Origin: Acidobacteriota bacterium
Lineage (GTDB): Bacteria; Acidobacteriota; UBA6911; RPQK01; CBDAPI01
Reading direction: 5' to 3'
Assembly: GCA_965205345.1 (NCBI GenBank)
Contig: CBDBGQ010000024.1
Coordinates: 253 to 64,252 of the forward strand
DNA: 64,000 nucleotides
The translations under genes were made by a program, and so were the position numbers. The notes beneath the pieces are model-generated. The model was not told where the DNA came from, ran no database searches, and saw only the letters and a list, made by a program, of their open reading frames with translations. Shown here one piece after another: positions 47,404-59,073 of this stretch (its first letter is position 1; each line of letters opens with the position of its first letter).

Positions 47404-48789
47404 TCAGCCCCCATCCAGTTCACGACCCTGGGTGTCGTAGACAGTGACCTTCCCCAGACTCCCCAGGGGGCCAAGCAGTTGATCGGCGTCACCCACTACT
47501 GTGATCACCACACGCTCCGGATCAAAATATCGCCGTGAGCATTCCAGAACCCTGGCGGGCGACATCCTCTGGAGCGCGGGGATGTACGCCTGATAGTAAT
47601 CCGCTGGTAGCTGATTCAGGCGGCGATCGATTTCGAGGCCTCCCATGGAAGTCGCCGTTTCCATGCGCCTGATAAAATCTCCGATCAGCTCAGCGCGGGC
47701 CAATTCCATTTCCGCTGAGTCCGGTTCACCATCTCGCATACGCTGTAGCTCTTTCAAGGTCTGGCCTATGGCTTCCAGGACCGCATCCGATCTCACGTCC
47801 GCGGCTGCCGAATAGAAGCCGGATCTGGTATAGCCTCTGAGCAGGCTGTAGGCTCCATAGGTGTAGCCTTTGTCCTCCCGCAGGTTCAGAAAGAGCCGCG
47901 AACTGGCTCCGCCTCCCAGAACCTGATTGGCCAACCGAAGACACAAGAACTCGGGAGAGGATCGAGCAGGCCCCGGGCCAGCCACCTCAAAACGAGATTG
48001 AACGGAGTGGGGGCGATGTACGAGGAGTACCCGGCCAATTTTCGGCTGATCGACTTCGGGTATGACCGGGCCTTTGATCTCCGCCGGCTTCCAGGCAGAG
48101 AAGTGCCGTGTGGCGAGGTCGACAGCTTCTTCGAGTACGATCGGTCCGGCCACCAGAAGACAGGCCTGATTCGGGGTGATGCGGCGCTCCAAAACGGAGA
48201 TTAAGGTGTCACGGGTGAGATCCTGCAGGTGGTCCAGAGGAATGCAGACCCGGGAGTAGGGATGTTCCGGAAACAGGGCTTCCATTGTTCTCTCGGAGGC
48301 GAGGAGGCTTGGCTGAGCCCTCTCTGAGATCAGAAAGCTCATCCAGCGCACTTTCAGCTTCTCGAATTCTTGCGGGTCGTAGCTGGGCTCGAGAAGCACC
48401 TCGGAGAGAATCTGGAATGCTTCCTCCAGGTAGGAATCCAGCACCGACATAAAAAAGCGAGACGATTCCAGGTAGACATCGGTATCGGTTTGAATGGCAA
48501 AGCGGTCGAGCGCCTCAGCCAGTTCTGATGAGGTTTGCCGGCGGGTCCCTTCGAAGATCAGGTCCGTGCCGACCTGCAGAGCTGCCAGGTTGTGAGGGGG
48601 ATTGGCGACCCTCCCGCCGGGTATTGCCAGGCGAATGGAAACCCGGGGAAGCCTCCTTTCGGTCAGAGCCATCACTGTCAATCCATTGGGAAGGCGCTCC
48701 TGTTTCACCTCCGGGTAGTCGACGTTGGGCACGGCCCCGACCGGGGGCGGGACGGCCGAATTGGTGAAGAAATGGGTGATGGGCTTCAT
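47404..48789 (-). CDS. M16 peptidase, non-catalytic subunit
   Basis: LPNGL, SRLFLNLREDKGYTYG; lacks HXXEH. Confidence 0.88.
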   Translation of the reverse strand: MKPITHFFTNSAVPPPVGAVPNVDYPEVKQERLPNGLTVMALTERRLPRVSIRLAIPGGRVANPPHNLAALQVGTDLIFEGTRRQTSSELAEALDRFAIQTDTDVYLESSRFFMSVLDSYLEEAFQILSEVLLEPSYDPQEFEKLKVRWMSFLISERAQPSLLASERTMEALFPEHPYSRVCIPLDHLQDLTRDTLISVLERRITPNQACLLVAGPIVLEEAVDLATRHFSAWKPAEIKGPVIPEVDQPKIGRVLLVHRPHSVQSRFEVAGPGPARSSPEFLCLRLANQVLGGGASSRLFLNLREDKGYTYGAYSLLRGYTRSGFYSAAADVRSDAVLEAIGQTLKELQRMRDGEPDSAEMELARAELIGDFIRRMETATSMGGLEIDRRLNQLPADYYQAYIPALQRMSPARVLECSRRYFDPERVVITVVGDADQLLGPLGSLGKVTVYDTQGRELDGG

Positions 48790-50087
48790 GAAAGAGCTTT
48801 AGAGTCCGTCGGAGAAGGGCCCATCTCCACAATAATTGTCGTTCGGTTCTCCGCTACCAAGAATTGCCCGGCAACCGTCTGGATCTCGTCAACGGTCACC
48901 TGCAGATACCTCTCCATTTCCAGGTTAATGAGCATTGGGTCCTCGAAATAAGTCATGTACTGGGCCAGTCCCTCGCCAATGCCATGAATGGTAGCCCGAC
49001 TCGAAACGGCGCGATAGAGAACCTGGTTTCTGGCTTTCTCCAGTTCTTGATCAGAGATTCCGGAATCTCTGACCCGACTCAGTTCCTCCTCCAGAGCTTC
49101 CTGAACCGTCTGGATGTCAACGCCGTCTTGAGTCTGGAACCAGAAGATGAACATCTGCGGGCCTCGATAGAGGTTAGGTCCCGCCGAAAGGCCCGCGACC
49201 CAGTTGTTGTCATAGATCATGCGGCGATAGAGCCGGGAGGACTCACCCTTGGCCAGTACCAGGGAGAGCACGGAAAGAGCGTAGTGAGCCCGAGAGCCGG
49301 CGACCGGTATGTGGTACCCCAGGTGGAGCACCGGGAGCGGTGCGAGTTCGTCCCTGACGACTTCCAGCTTTTCCTCGGATTGTCGGGGTTCGTCCAGATC
49401 CGGCGCGCGAGCGTCGGTCTTCAGCTGGATGTCCTGGAAATGATTGGCGACAAGGAGGAGTGCCTCCTCTTCGAGAATATCACCTGCCACCACCAGAGTA
49501 GCGTTGTCGGGTCCGTAGTGGCTGTGGTGAAAACTTACGGCATCCTCAACGGTAGCCTTCCTCAGGTCATCGACGGATCCGATGATCGGATGAGCATACG
49601 CCCAGTTTTCGTAGGCCAGATCGTCAAATCGCAGGAGAGCAGCGCCGTAGGGTCGGTTGTCATAACTCTGCTTCTTTTCTTCGATCACGGTCTGCCTTTG
49701 ATTCTCAAAGTTCTCTGAAGTGACCTCCAAGGAGCGCATCCTGTCTGCTTCCAGCCACAGAGCCAGTTCCAGCGCATTCGAAGGCACGGTTTCAAAATAG
49801 TTTGTTCGGTCCTTGCTGGTGCTGGCGTTCCAACGCCCGCCGACGGAGTCAACCTGCCGCCCATGCTCGGCTTTGCCCACGTTCTCGGACCCTTGAAACA
49901 TCATGTGTTCGAAGAGATGGGCCAGGCCCGATTTGCCCGGCTGCTCATAACTCGACCCCACCCGGTAGTGGAGGGTCACGTGGACCAGAGGGACCCGGTT
50001 GTCACTGTGCAGTATGACGTCCAGACCATTCTTCAGCTTTTCCTGGCGGAAGCGGATCAGTGGAATCTTGCTCATTATGGGAGACAA
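48786..50087 (-). CDS. M16 zinc peptidase, catalytic subunit
   Basis: GLAHLFEHMMFQGS (HXXEH), NAST..DRTNY. Confidence 0.92.
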   Translation of the reverse strand: MSPIMSKIPLIRFRQEKLKNGLDVILHSDNRVPLVHVTLHYRVGSSYEQPGKSGLAHLFEHMMFQGSENVGKAEHGRQVDSVGGRWNASTSKDRTNYFETVPSNALELALWLEADRMRSLEVTSENFENQRQTVIEEKKQSYDNRPYGAALLRFDDLAYENWAYAHPIIGSVDDLRKATVEDAVSFHHSHYGPDNATLVVAGDILEEEALLLVANHFQDIQLKTDARAPDLDEPRQSEEKLEVVRDELAPLPVLHLGYHIPVAGSRAHYALSVLSLVLAKGESSRLYRRMIYDNNWVAGLSAGPNLYRGPQMFIFWFQTQDGVDIQTVQEALEEELSRVRDSGISDQELEKARNQVLYRAVSSRATIHGIGEGLAQYMTYFEDPMLINLEMERYLQVTVDEIQTVAGQFLVAENRTTIIVEMGPSPTDSKALS

Positions 50088-50123
50088 TGGGCTGAAAGCG
50101 GGAAGAACGAGTTGCGATTCCGG

Positions 50124-50717
50124 CTAGCTCAGATCGAAGTCGAAGAACATCAGATACTGTTGGGTCTCGAGATTGGTAATGTTTGGAATATAGATTCTGG
50201 CTCCGGCGTTCAGCTGGATCAATTCAAAAAACACAATCCCAAAATCGTCGCTGTGAGGAGCAATCAGTTTCTCCCCAAAGTTCTTTCGTTCAAAGTCCGC
50301 CACCATGTTCTTGTTCTTGATGTCTCGGAGGAGAACCTCTTCATGGGGGGAGTAAGAGGATTTCTTTTTCTTGGCAATAGCCAGAAGAACTTGCGCGTAC
50401 GGGATGGAGCGGCGGTTGACGCCGGCGTCACTCAGATAGATGTCACTCCCGGAGAGACGAATGGCGAAGTCGTTGTTGTTTTCGACCACGACCAGAACAG
50501 GCATGATCTGCTTCTGATAAAGTTTTTTCGTATCGAAGACGAAGAGGATCTCCTCTTCCGTATCGAAGGCCCTGGCTCCGATCACCACATTCTGGAGGGA
50601 CTGGTGGGAGGCGTACTCTCCGGCTGGCTTGATTTCAATGTTTTTGATCTTGTACCCGGCCACCAGCAAGTTGAGTGACAGCAACAGGGTCCCACCCGTG
50701 GGGACTGTCCGACGCAT
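50124..50717 (-). CDS. Hypothetical secreted protein
   Basis: Signal-like N-terminus; sits in the same-strand run of genes; no family recognised. Confidence 0.65.
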   Translation of the reverse strand: MRRTVPTGGTLLLSLNLLVAGYKIKNIEIKPAGEYASHQSLQNVVIGARAFDTEEEILFVFDTKKLYQKQIMPVLVVVENNNDFAIRLSGSDIYLSDAGVNRRSIPYAQVLLAIAKKKKSSYSPHEEVLLRDIKNKNMVADFERKNFGEKLIAPHSDDFGIVFFELIQLNAGARIYIPNITNLETQQYLMFFDFDLS

Positions 50718-50736
50718 GACGGCATCATACATCGCT

Positions 50737-51306
50737 TCAAGGTCCCGAGCCCAGAAGAGGAAAGCTCTCGAGAATGGAATGCACGGCGCCGGAGGACTTG
50801 AGGGCACTCTGATAGAGGTTGAAATGGTTGACCCGGAAAGACATTCCAGTGACCTGGAGTTCACGGGTGAACCAGTCCTGAAGGCGAGAGAGGTGCCGTC
50901 GCGACTTGAGACGCATCAGGGTCAGGTGTCCTCGGTACTCTCGCCCCTCTCTCTCGAGATCGAGGGCAGTCAAAGCATCTTCGAGCCCACCCTGCAGGCG
51001 GATGAGTGTAGGAGACCTCTGAACACTCACAAAAACGACTCGAGATCCCTTTCGATGAGAGAAGGCATCTGGCCCGTTCAGAGACACATCAAAGGGAGGG
51101 ATCCTCTTCGCCAGCTCGTGCAGAGTCAAGGCTACGGCACGCAACCGATCCTCACTCACGTCGCCCAGGAACTTGAGTGTCAGGTGCATAGCCTCACGCC
51201 TGACGGCCCGGCCTCGTAACTCCAACTCTTCCAGGCCTCTGACCGCCGACTCGAGCTCATCCAGGACCTCGGGCGGAAGCGGGATGGCAATGAAGGATCG
51301 GATCAC
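50737..51306 (-). CDS. thpR: RNA 2',3'-cyclic phosphodiesterase (2H family)
   Basis: RSFIAI, two HLTL motifs; GTG start overlaps the cinA stop. Confidence 0.88.
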   Translation of the reverse strand: MIRSFIAIPLPPEVLDELESAVRGLEELELRGRAVRREAMHLTLKFLGDVSEDRLRAVALTLHELAKRIPPFDVSLNGPDAFSHRKGSRVVFVSVQRSPTLIRLQGGLEDALTALDLEREGREYRGHLTLMRLKSRRHLSRLQDWFTRELQVTGMSFRVNHFNLYQSALKSSGAVHSILESFPLLGSGP

Positions 51307-52571
51307 AGGAGTTCTCTGCGCAGCCAGTCGAGAGCAAATCGGGCGGCGCGGAGTCGTATGGTCTCGCGTCCCCCCGGCAGAAGGCGCTTTCTGGAAAAGA
51401 CGCGGCCCCGAAAAAAGAGTCCAAAAAAAACGAGACCGACGGGTTTCTCCGCGGTACCGCCTCCAGGACCGGCAATCCCGGTCACGGACAGACCCGTGCA
51501 CGCTCCGGTAACACCACAGACAGCTTTCGCCATCAGCTCGGCGACCGGGGCACTGACAGCCCCCTGTTCCTCCATCTCTGCGCAGGCCACACCAAGCAGC
51601 GACTTCTTGAGGTCATTGCTGTAGCTCACAATGCTCCCTTTGAAGTAGTTGGAGCTACCGGGCACATCGGTGATCATTTTAGCAATCAAGCCGCCTGTAC
51701 AAGATTCAGCCGTCGCCAGATCCATTCCCTCCTTCTTGAGACTCGCCCCCACGACGGCTTCGAGTGACTCCCCCGCCTCGGCAAACAGCGATTCACCAAG
51801 CCTTCCCCGAATCCTGGCTGACAGTTCTTCCAGCTTCTCCTCAGCTTGCGAAGAAGTTTCGGGGCAGCCGAGGTGCAAGTGGATGATCCCGGGCGACGAG
51901 AGAATGGTCGTCTGAATCTCTGGATATTGGCTGTAAATCGGCTCCACCAGGGCATCAACCTTCGACTCCGCCATCGACGCCACGCTCAAATGCCGGGTCA
52001 GGTGGATAGAGACAGGAAAGGATTTCTCCAGTACCTCCATCACCTGTTCCAGCACCATCGGCTTCAGTTCGCGGGGAGGGCCGGGAAGAAGAAACACCAG
52101 CGCTCCCCCCTCTCGGAGAAGAAGTCCCGGGGCAGTCCCCCTGGGGTTCGGAAGTACAGTGGCCCCTTCAGGCACCATTGCCTGGCGGCGGTTGTTCTCT
52201 CCCACTGGAAAGCGAAATCTCCGGGCCCGTTCCTCGATCGAGTCCATGATCGTGCTGTCAAAGAGCAAAGGACGGCCGAACAGTTCTGCAGTGACTTCCC
52301 TCGTGATATCGTCCGCTGTGGGTCCCAGTCCACCCGTAACCAAGACCACCCCCGCGCGCTCGACAGCAGCCTGGAGGGCATCCGAAATCAGATCCTCTCG
52401 GTCACCGACCACCATCTTGCGGTCGACCTGAATTCCAATCCGGTTCAGCTGCTCAGTGAGAAAAAGGGAGTTCGTGTCCAGCCGGGTGGGGGTCAGGAGT
52501 TCGGAGCCGACCGCGATGATCTCGGCGCTTGGGGGTTCTGATCTCAACTCTGAGCTGCTGCTTACTGTCAT
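51303..52571 (-). CDS. cinA: Competence/damage-inducible protein CinA (with PncC domain)
   Basis: AVGSELL, DTNS, GGLGPT.DD, AESCTGG, TGIAGPGGG motifs. Confidence 0.93.
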   Translation of the reverse strand: MTVSSSSELRSEPPSAEIIAVGSELLTPTRLDTNSLFLTEQLNRIGIQVDRKMVVGDREDLISDALQAAVERAGVVLVTGGLGPTADDITREVTAELFGRPLLFDSTIMDSIEERARRFRFPVGENNRRQAMVPEGATVLPNPRGTAPGLLLREGGALVFLLPGPPRELKPMVLEQVMEVLEKSFPVSIHLTRHLSVASMAESKVDALVEPIYSQYPEIQTTILSSPGIIHLHLGCPETSSQAEEKLEELSARIRGRLGESLFAEAGESLEAVVGASLKKEGMDLATAESCTGGLIAKMITDVPGSSNYFKGSIVSYSNDLKKSLLGVACAEMEEQGAVSAPVAELMAKAVCGVTGACTGLSVTGIAGPGGGTAEKPVGLVFFGLFFRGRVFSRKRLLPGGRETIRLRAARFALDWLRRELL

Positions 52572-52606
52572 CGATCATCATCTTAACTGAGACGGAACCA
52601 GGATCA

Positions 52607-52640
52607 GGTTGAAAGTTGAAGGTTCGTGGAACGTGGAACT
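52607..52640. repeat. Facing short heptamer arrays (ARGTTGA and CGTGGAA types)
   Basis: AGGTTGA AAGTTGA AGGTT then CGTGGAA x2, just after the pgpA stop. Confidence 0.65.
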
Positions 52641-52649
52641 GTCTTCAGC

Positions 52650-53114
52650 TCAGGAAACAAAACCCAGCCACCTCACCAGGAGCAAGAGCAGCCCTGCATA
52701 GAGCCCTGCCACGAGATCGTCGGTCATAATCCCGTAGCCACCCGGCAGTCCTTCCGCCTGGCGGGCCGGCGGCGGTTTCAGAATGTCAAAGACTCGAAAA
52801 AAGACAAATCCGAGGAACAGCGAAGAGGGCGACAGGGGAACCCACGTCAGCGTGAGGAACTGGCCCGCAACCTCATCGATGACGACTCTCGAAGGGTCCG
52901 AGTCACCCAGATCGGACGCTACCCGGTCGGCAGCCCAGGTCCCCAAGATAGCGGATCCTATCAGCCCCACCAGCAGGAAGGGAAAGGAATAACTGGAGAC
53001 AAGATAAAGGCACCCTGTGATGGCAACGGCGAGCAGTGAGCCCCAGGTACCGGGAGCGATAGGAAGATAGCCGACTCCCAGACAGGTGGCCAGCCAGTAA
53101 GAAACCCGCGCCAT
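52650..53114 (-). CDS. pgpA: Phosphatidylglycerophosphatase A
   Basis: APGTWGS, DPSRVVIDEVAG, FRVFDILKP, DDLVAG. Confidence 0.92.
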   Translation of the reverse strand: MARVSYWLATCLGVGYLPIAPGTWGSLLAVAITGCLYLVSSYSFPFLLVGLIGSAILGTWAADRVASDLGDSDPSRVVIDEVAGQFLTLTWVPLSPSSLFLGFVFFRVFDILKPPPARQAEGLPGGYGIMTDDLVAGLYAGLLLLLVRWLGFVS

Positions 53115-53302
53115 CAATCGACTTCCTCGGAGTCGGGAAACTCTTCCTGACCCACTTTCCGTCCTGGAATCCGAAAACGGCCTTCGAGCCACTTGCCCAG
53201 GTCTACCATCCGGCACCGTTCGCTGCAGAAAGGAAACCACCGGCTTCTTGACCCGGCCCGTTTTCCACAGTGAGGACAGCGTCCTGACCTCGAAGCCTTC
53301 AT
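53114..53302 (-). CDS. yacG: DNA gyrase inhibitor YacG
   Basis: [19 protein letters not shown]. Confidence 0.88.
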   Translation of the reverse strand: MKASRSGRCPHCGKRAGSRSRWFPFCSERCRMVDLGKWLEGRFRIPGRKVGQEEFPDSEEVD

Positions 53303-54645
53303 TGAACCAGGATCCCCACCAGATCGTACTCGTGGGCCTCTTCGACCCGGACTTCACCGATCTCTCCGGGACGTGTCGATGGAGTCACACCATCGGTCAG
53401 ATAGATGACCCCATCGATGTCAGGGGCCTGGGTTTGGGTTCGTCCCTGCCACAGCATCTCACTCTCCTGGGAAACACCTTCCAGCAGGACCGGCAGGGTC
53501 TGTCCAACCAGTCGCTGGTTCATCTGGCGGGAAATGGTCGACTGCAACTCCATCAGCCTCTTCTGACGCTCCCGTTTCATCTCTTCTGGAACCTTGTTTT
53601 CCAGGTGATACGAAGCTGCGTGCTCTTCGTCCGAAAAACAAAATGCTCCAAGGCGATCAAACTTCACTTCCTCTACGAACTCCAGAAGTTCCTGAAAGTC
53701 TTCGTCCGTCTCACCTGGAAAGCCCACGATCATGGTCGTCCGTATCGCTACCCCCGGCACCCTCTCCCGGATCCGCTCAACCAGACGCCTCAAAGAGCCG
53801 CGATTTCCACCTCTCTTCATCCCCTTCAGAATATTTCGAGAAGCGTGCTGAAGCGGTATGTCGAAATAATTGCAGGCTTTCGAACACTCCCGGACAGCGT
53901 CAAGAAGCTCTCCATAGATATTGTTTGGATAAGCGTAGAGAAAGCGCACCCATTGGATGCCCTCAACTTGTTCGATCTCCCGAAGCAAATTCGCCAGGCC
54001 CTGTCGATCCCCGGAGTCGAATCCATACATGGTGGTGTCCTGTCCCACCAGGTTGACCTCCTTCACACCCTGTTCGGCCAACCTCCGGATCTCCGCCACG
54101 ACAGACGTCACAGGACGGCTTCGAAAGCGCCCCCGCATTTGAGGAATGACACAAAAGCTGCAGGGATGGTCGCAACCTTCGGCAATTTTCACATAGGCGG
54201 AGTAGTTGGGTGTCGTCAAAACCCTTGGATCAGTGTCGCTGTAGAGGTACTCTTCGCGAGCTTCATAAGCCGGCGGCACCGGCACAGAAGTCTCGGCGGG
54301 GTCATGGCAGGCCTGCAGAATGCCTGGAAGCTCGTTGGTTCCGATAACTGCATCCACTTCCGGTATAGACTCGAGGATCTCCTGCCGGTATCGCGCGACC
54401 AGACAGCCGGCCACGATCAGTCGACGGCAACGTCCGCGTTTCTTCTCCTGGGCCATTTCTAGAATGGTGTCGATCGATTCCTGCTTCGCCGACTCGATGA
54501 ATCCACAGGTATTGATGACGATGATCTCAGCCTCTCCCTGGGAAGCAGTCACTTCATGTCCCCCTGTCTTCAGCAGTCCCATCATCACCTCGCTGTCGAC
54601 CAGGTTCTTGGGGCACCCGAGACTGACAAATCCAACCTTCGCCAT
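53299..54645 (-). CDS. rimO: Ribosomal protein S12 methylthiotransferase RimO
   Basis: [28 protein letters not shown] radical SAM motif, APDIDG TRAM domain. Confidence 0.93.
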   Translation of the reverse strand: MAKVGFVSLGCPKNLVDSEVMMGLLKTGGHEVTASQGEAEIIVINTCGFIESAKQESIDTILEMAQEKKRGRCRRLIVAGCLVARYRQEILESIPEVDAVIGTNELPGILQACHDPAETSVPVPPAYEAREEYLYSDTDPRVLTTPNYSAYVKIAEGCDHPCSFCVIPQMRGRFRSRPVTSVVAEIRRLAEQGVKEVNLVGQDTTMYGFDSGDRQGLANLLREIEQVEGIQWVRFLYAYPNNIYGELLDAVRECSKACNYFDIPLQHASRNILKGMKRGGNRGSLRRLVERIRERVPGVAIRTTMIVGFPGETDEDFQELLEFVEEVKFDRLGAFCFSDEEHAASYHLENKVPEEMKRERQKRLMELQSTISRQMNQRLVGQTLPVLLEGVSQESEMLWQGRTQTQAPDIDGVIYLTDGVTPSTRPGEIGEVRVEEAHEYDLVGILVQ

Positions 54646-54682
54646 AGAACCAGCTATTATAAACGGGTTTCCTCCCACACAC

Positions 54683-55453
54683 TTACTTGACTCCAAGTCG
54701 AAGCCTGTTGCCGAGGTAGGCCCAGAGAGTCGGGTGATACCACAGATGTGATCTCGTGTCTCTTGGAGGAAAAACGGCGATCCTGCCCTGCAACGCATCA
54801 TCTATGGCTTTCCTTAGCAGGGGTAAACCTGCGGCTATTTGAAGTAGCGGGTAGGTCGCAAAAGTATCTTTATCCGTAGGTTCGATGTTGCACTGATAGA
54901 GGATGCCGCCTGTGTCGATCCCTTTGTCCACCAGGTGTACCGTAACTCCGCAGTTTTCCGGCTCCCCAGCCGCCAGCGCCCAGTAACCGCCGTGGACTCC
55001 TCGAAACCTAGGCGTAATGCCGGCGTGCATATTGATAAAAGTTGACTCAACGGCTTTCAGAGTCTTCTCAGAGATGATACGGGTGCCAGCCACTACCACG
55101 ACTGCGGGGCGAAGTCTTCGCAGCTCTTGTCTTACCTGGTCTGAGTTGACCGACTCCACTCGTACTACCTTACTCTTCCGGGATGGGTCGATCCAGCAGA
55201 CAATGCTGCCTTGCAATTTCTCTCATTCTGTTCCGCGCTGAAAGTCTGACGATCGGAAAGACGACCTTTTGAAAAAGGAGCTGACCCACCACAGTTGGAA
55301 CACCCAGTTTCCTGACTCTACGTACGACGAGTGCACGGCGAGCCTGCGGATTCTCGAGGATCACTCGATCCATTTCAAGGTCCCGCTGAAGTGCCTGATA
55401 GACGATTCGGACGGTGCTGCCACCTCGTGGTCCTAGCAGAACGACCCGTTCAT
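54683..55453 (-). CDS. Formyltransferase-domain protein (two apparent frameshifts, ~55449 and ~55175)
   Basis: INMHAGITP..RG, GVTVH.VD.GIDTG; N-terminal RVVLLG frame begins at an ATG overlapping the upstream stop. Confidence 0.75.
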
Positions 55454-56469
55454 TCTTGTTCAGTTTTCATTGGAGGAGATAATTCGAGCCTTCCCATCAG
55501 CTCGCCGGCCAGCTCGGACATGTTCAGGCTCCGAAAACGATACTGGGTGCGAAGCCTCTCGAAGCAACGAAGGATCTGTCGAAGGAAGCGAAAGTTCTCC
55601 GACGTGAAGGTCCCATAATTGTGAGGGTGCCACCACAAGTGGTAGACAAGCCCCTCTCCAGCGGCAACCGTCATTGCCCTTGTGATACGGCGCAACCGCA
55701 ATGATTCGAGCCCACGCAGACGGGGTGTATATGGGCGAAGGAATCGGCTGGACCTCAGATTCAGCGGCCAGCTCTGCGCGGCGGCTTCGAGTGAATAGCA
55801 GTTGCTTCCAGTCACGTTGACGTATGCGTCTAGAAAACGCAGCAGACGAGCGAGACTCAATCGCTGGTGAAACCTACGAGGCCTGTAGATCCAGTGGTCC
55901 TCGTTGCCTCGAAAAGCCCAGAACCCGGCCTTTGCAGTTTCGATCAGAACAGCTTCATCGTATTGATTTCTAGGAAAGACCAGGCTTCTCAAACCTGTAC
56001 CCCGCTTCTCGGCCAATTCCGCGGCTGCTTGAAGATCACTTCTGAAAGCGCCCAGGCTGTGTCCAGCTTCTGAACAGTAGTAGTGAGCAAAAGTATGACT
56101 CCCGATCTCTATTCCCGGGGTCGACCGGATCCTTTCGATCACAGAGGAGGCAAAATGAAACGGGTCGGCTGATTCATCCTCTCCAATCTGGCTGATGTCT
56201 CCGTAAGGTGAGAAGGCTGGGTTGACATATTGAGGGACGACTGCTGGAAGAGAAGTCTGCAACTCCGTTCGGTTCTTGGCAAAAAGGAATCCAACAGTCG
56301 CAAAAGTGGCATGAATTCCATGATCTGAAAAGATCTTCAACAACTGTGGTATGGCCTCCCGTGCTCCCAGGAGGTTCTCCTTGTATTCTTCGACGGAACA
56401 AAGGTCTCTGACGCCCCAGTGAAGCTCGAAATCCAATGAAATGACAAAAACCCCAGAACTCTCAGCCAT
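55450..56469 (-). CDS. Polysaccharide deacetylase family protein
   Basis: ISLDFELHWG, ATFATVG, EIGSHTFAH, VFPRN, HLWWHPHN motifs. Confidence 0.85.
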   Translation of the reverse strand: MAESSGVFVISLDFELHWGVRDLCSVEEYKENLLGAREAIPQLLKIFSDHGIHATFATVGFLFAKNRTELQTSLPAVVPQYVNPAFSPYGDISQIGEDESADPFHFASSVIERIRSTPGIEIGSHTFAHYYCSEAGHSLGAFRSDLQAAAELAEKRGTGLRSLVFPRNQYDEAVLIETAKAGFWAFRGNEDHWIYRPRRFHQRLSLARLLRFLDAYVNVTGSNCYSLEAAAQSWPLNLRSSRFLRPYTPRLRGLESLRLRRITRAMTVAAGEGLVYHLWWHPHNYGTFTSENFRFLRQILRCFERLRTQYRFRSLNMSELAGELMGRLELSPPMKTEQE

Positions 56470-57693
56470 TCTCAGTCGCTAGCATAAACCCGACAATCTG
56501 TAGGCTCCAAATCATTCGTATCAACCAGCGAATTCGCAGTTAGACTGTGACGGGCCTTATTCCCAATCCGCATCGACTTCGCAGTAACGGCAGGCAGATC
56601 GAGTCAGGATTGCTGCCAGGTGTGTAACAGACTCCAGGTCCACCCACTCCTCCGAAGAATGGGCCCCTCCCCCCGAGGGTCCAATGACGACGGTCTCGAT
56701 TCCCGCTGCAGACAGCAAGGCGGCATCCATCCAGGGATGATCTCCCACTAGCTGAGGAGCACCGTCGCAAACCTCCTCCGCTGCCGACTTCACCACTGCG
56801 ACAATGCGGCAGTCCGGCCGCACTTCGAAAGGATCGCGCACCAGAAGAGTCCTCAACCGCCACTTGAACTGGGGATCTTTTCTCTCTAGATGCTGGAGGA
56901 TGGCCCGGATCTCCTCGATGGCATTCTCAGGGTCTTCTCCCGGGAGTGTTCGACGTTCGATCCCCAGCCTGCACCGGGAGGCGTAGGCGCTGAGCTCCGT
57001 CCCTCCTGCCAGCGTCGCCGCATGAAGAGAGGCCGGGCCCAGAAGAGAATGCGGGTTTTGCCTTCGCAATGCTGCTTCCAGCCCTGACAAACGAGCCAGA
57101 AACTGGCCCATTTTCATGTTGGCATCGATGCCCAGATCGACGCGGCTTCCGTGAGCCGCCTTCCCAATGGTCTCAACTTCCAACCAGATGAAACCCTTAT
57201 GGGCGACACAGATCTGAAGCTGGGTTGGTTCGGTCACGATCGCTCCATCGGTCGAAACCTGCGTGAGAAGGTCGGAGGTTCCCAGACTGGCATATTCTTC
57301 ATCCGCCACTGCCGCCACGAAGAGGTCGCCTTTCAAGTCGATTCGCGCCTCATTGAGCGCCTTCACTGCTCCCAGGCTGGCCGCCAGACTCGCCTTCATA
57401 TCGTAAGCCCCGCGCCCGAACATCCTTCCCTCTTGTATGACCGGATCAAAGGGTCGGGGCATATTCTCGACACCAACCGTGTCGTAGTGGGCATTCAGCA
57501 TCAATGAGGATCCGTTTCCGGCGCCGCGCCTTTTGCCAACCACGCTCACACGGCCGGGCTCAGGCTCAAGACGCAGAACCTCCAGTCCCAGACTCTTCAT
57601 TCGACCGGCTACGCAGGCAGCGATCTGGCTCTCCCCGGGAGCACCCGGGATCAGGCTCGGGTTGACCGAGTTAATGGAGATCAGCTCAGAAAG

Positions 57694-59073
57694 GAGCTAC
57701 CATCAGAAGGTGTGTAAATAGCATAGGCGGTGAGTATCCTTCCGGGTTGATTTAAAACCCAGGGCCGAAAGGCCCGCAACGGAAGGAGTACACACCGCAT
57801 GAGCAAGCAGAACATTGAGGAAAGTGTCGAGTCAAGAGTTTGTTTCGAGGAGCTGGAAGATTGGGTGCGGGAGAAGATCCAAGGCTGGGTTCAAGAGCTG
57901 CTGGAGGAGGAAGTCACGGAGTTATTAGGGCGGCGTAAGAGTGAGCGGCGAAGGGCCGTGGACGCTCCGTCGGGCTATCGCAATGGATATGGGAAGCCGA
58001 GGCATCTGACGCTGAGCTCGGGGACGATCCAGGTTCGAAGGCCTCGAGTGCGGGATCTAGAGGAACACTTTGAAAGTCGGGTGTTGCCCCTGTTTGCCAA
58101 GCGGACGCGGCAGGTTCGAGAACTGATCCCTGAGCTGTACTTGCATGGTCTGGCGCTGGGGAATTTTGATCTGGCTCTGAGAGGGCTTTTAGGGGAAAAG
58201 GCGCACCTGTCGTCCTCCACGGTGGCCAGATTGAAAGAGCAGTGGCAGGCCGAATGGGAGGTCTGGCAGAGTCGACCCTTGAATGATCTGGAAGTGGTGT
58301 ATTTATGGGTAGATGGAATCTACGTCAAGGCGGGTCTGGAGAAGGAAAAGGCAGTCCTGCTGGTGGTGCAGGCCGCCTTAAGTGACGGAAGCAAAGCCGT
58401 GGTGTCGGTCACGAGCGGCTATCGGGAATCGACCCAGAGCTGGTCGGAAGTACTGCGCGACTTGAAGCGCCGGGGGATGGGCTGTCCACGGCTGGTGATC
58501 GGAGACGGCCACCTGGGCATCTGGGGAGCTTTGCGCAACGTCTATCCCCAGGCCGAGGAGCAGCGCTGCTGGAATCATCGGATCGTCAACCTGCTGACCA
58601 AGCTCCCTAAGCGAGTGCACAAGCCGGCCTTGCTGATCCTGCGGCAGATCCCTTACGCCGAGACTCGAGAAGAAGCACAACGACTCAAGAAGGTTTTTCA
58701 GCACTGGTGCCGGCAGCGAGGGCTGACTCTGGCGGCTGAGCTAATCGAGCAGGACTGGGACCGGATGGTGACCTTTTACCTGCTATCCAAAGAAGCAGTG
58801 GCAGCATCTGCGAACCACCAATCCAGTGGAGTCACCATTTGCCGCTCTTCGGCTGCGAACGGACGCGGCCAAGCGATTCAAGAAAGTGGACAACGCCCAG
58901 GCGGTGATCTGGAAGATGCTGCTGGTGGCGGAGCAGCGATTCCGCCGGTTGAAGGCACCGGAGCTGATGAAAGACGTCTACCAGGGCGCCAAATATGTCA
59001 ATGGAGTCCCGGTCAACCAAGTCCCGGAGGAGAAAGCCGCCTGATGTTTTTCCACACCTATTGACAAGAGCTC
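57694..59073 (+). mobile_element. IS256-family insertion sequence, type B
   Basis: Imperfect IRs GAGCT....TCA..AGGTGTG.AAA; 9-bp TSD CTCAGAAAG (57685-57693, 59074-59082). Confidence 0.9.
57799..59044 (+). CDS. IS256 transposase type B (frameshift near 58780)
   Basis: YRNGY, WVDGIY, IGDGHLG, QRCWNH; HLRTTNPVES continues in the frame ending at 59044. Confidence 0.88.
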
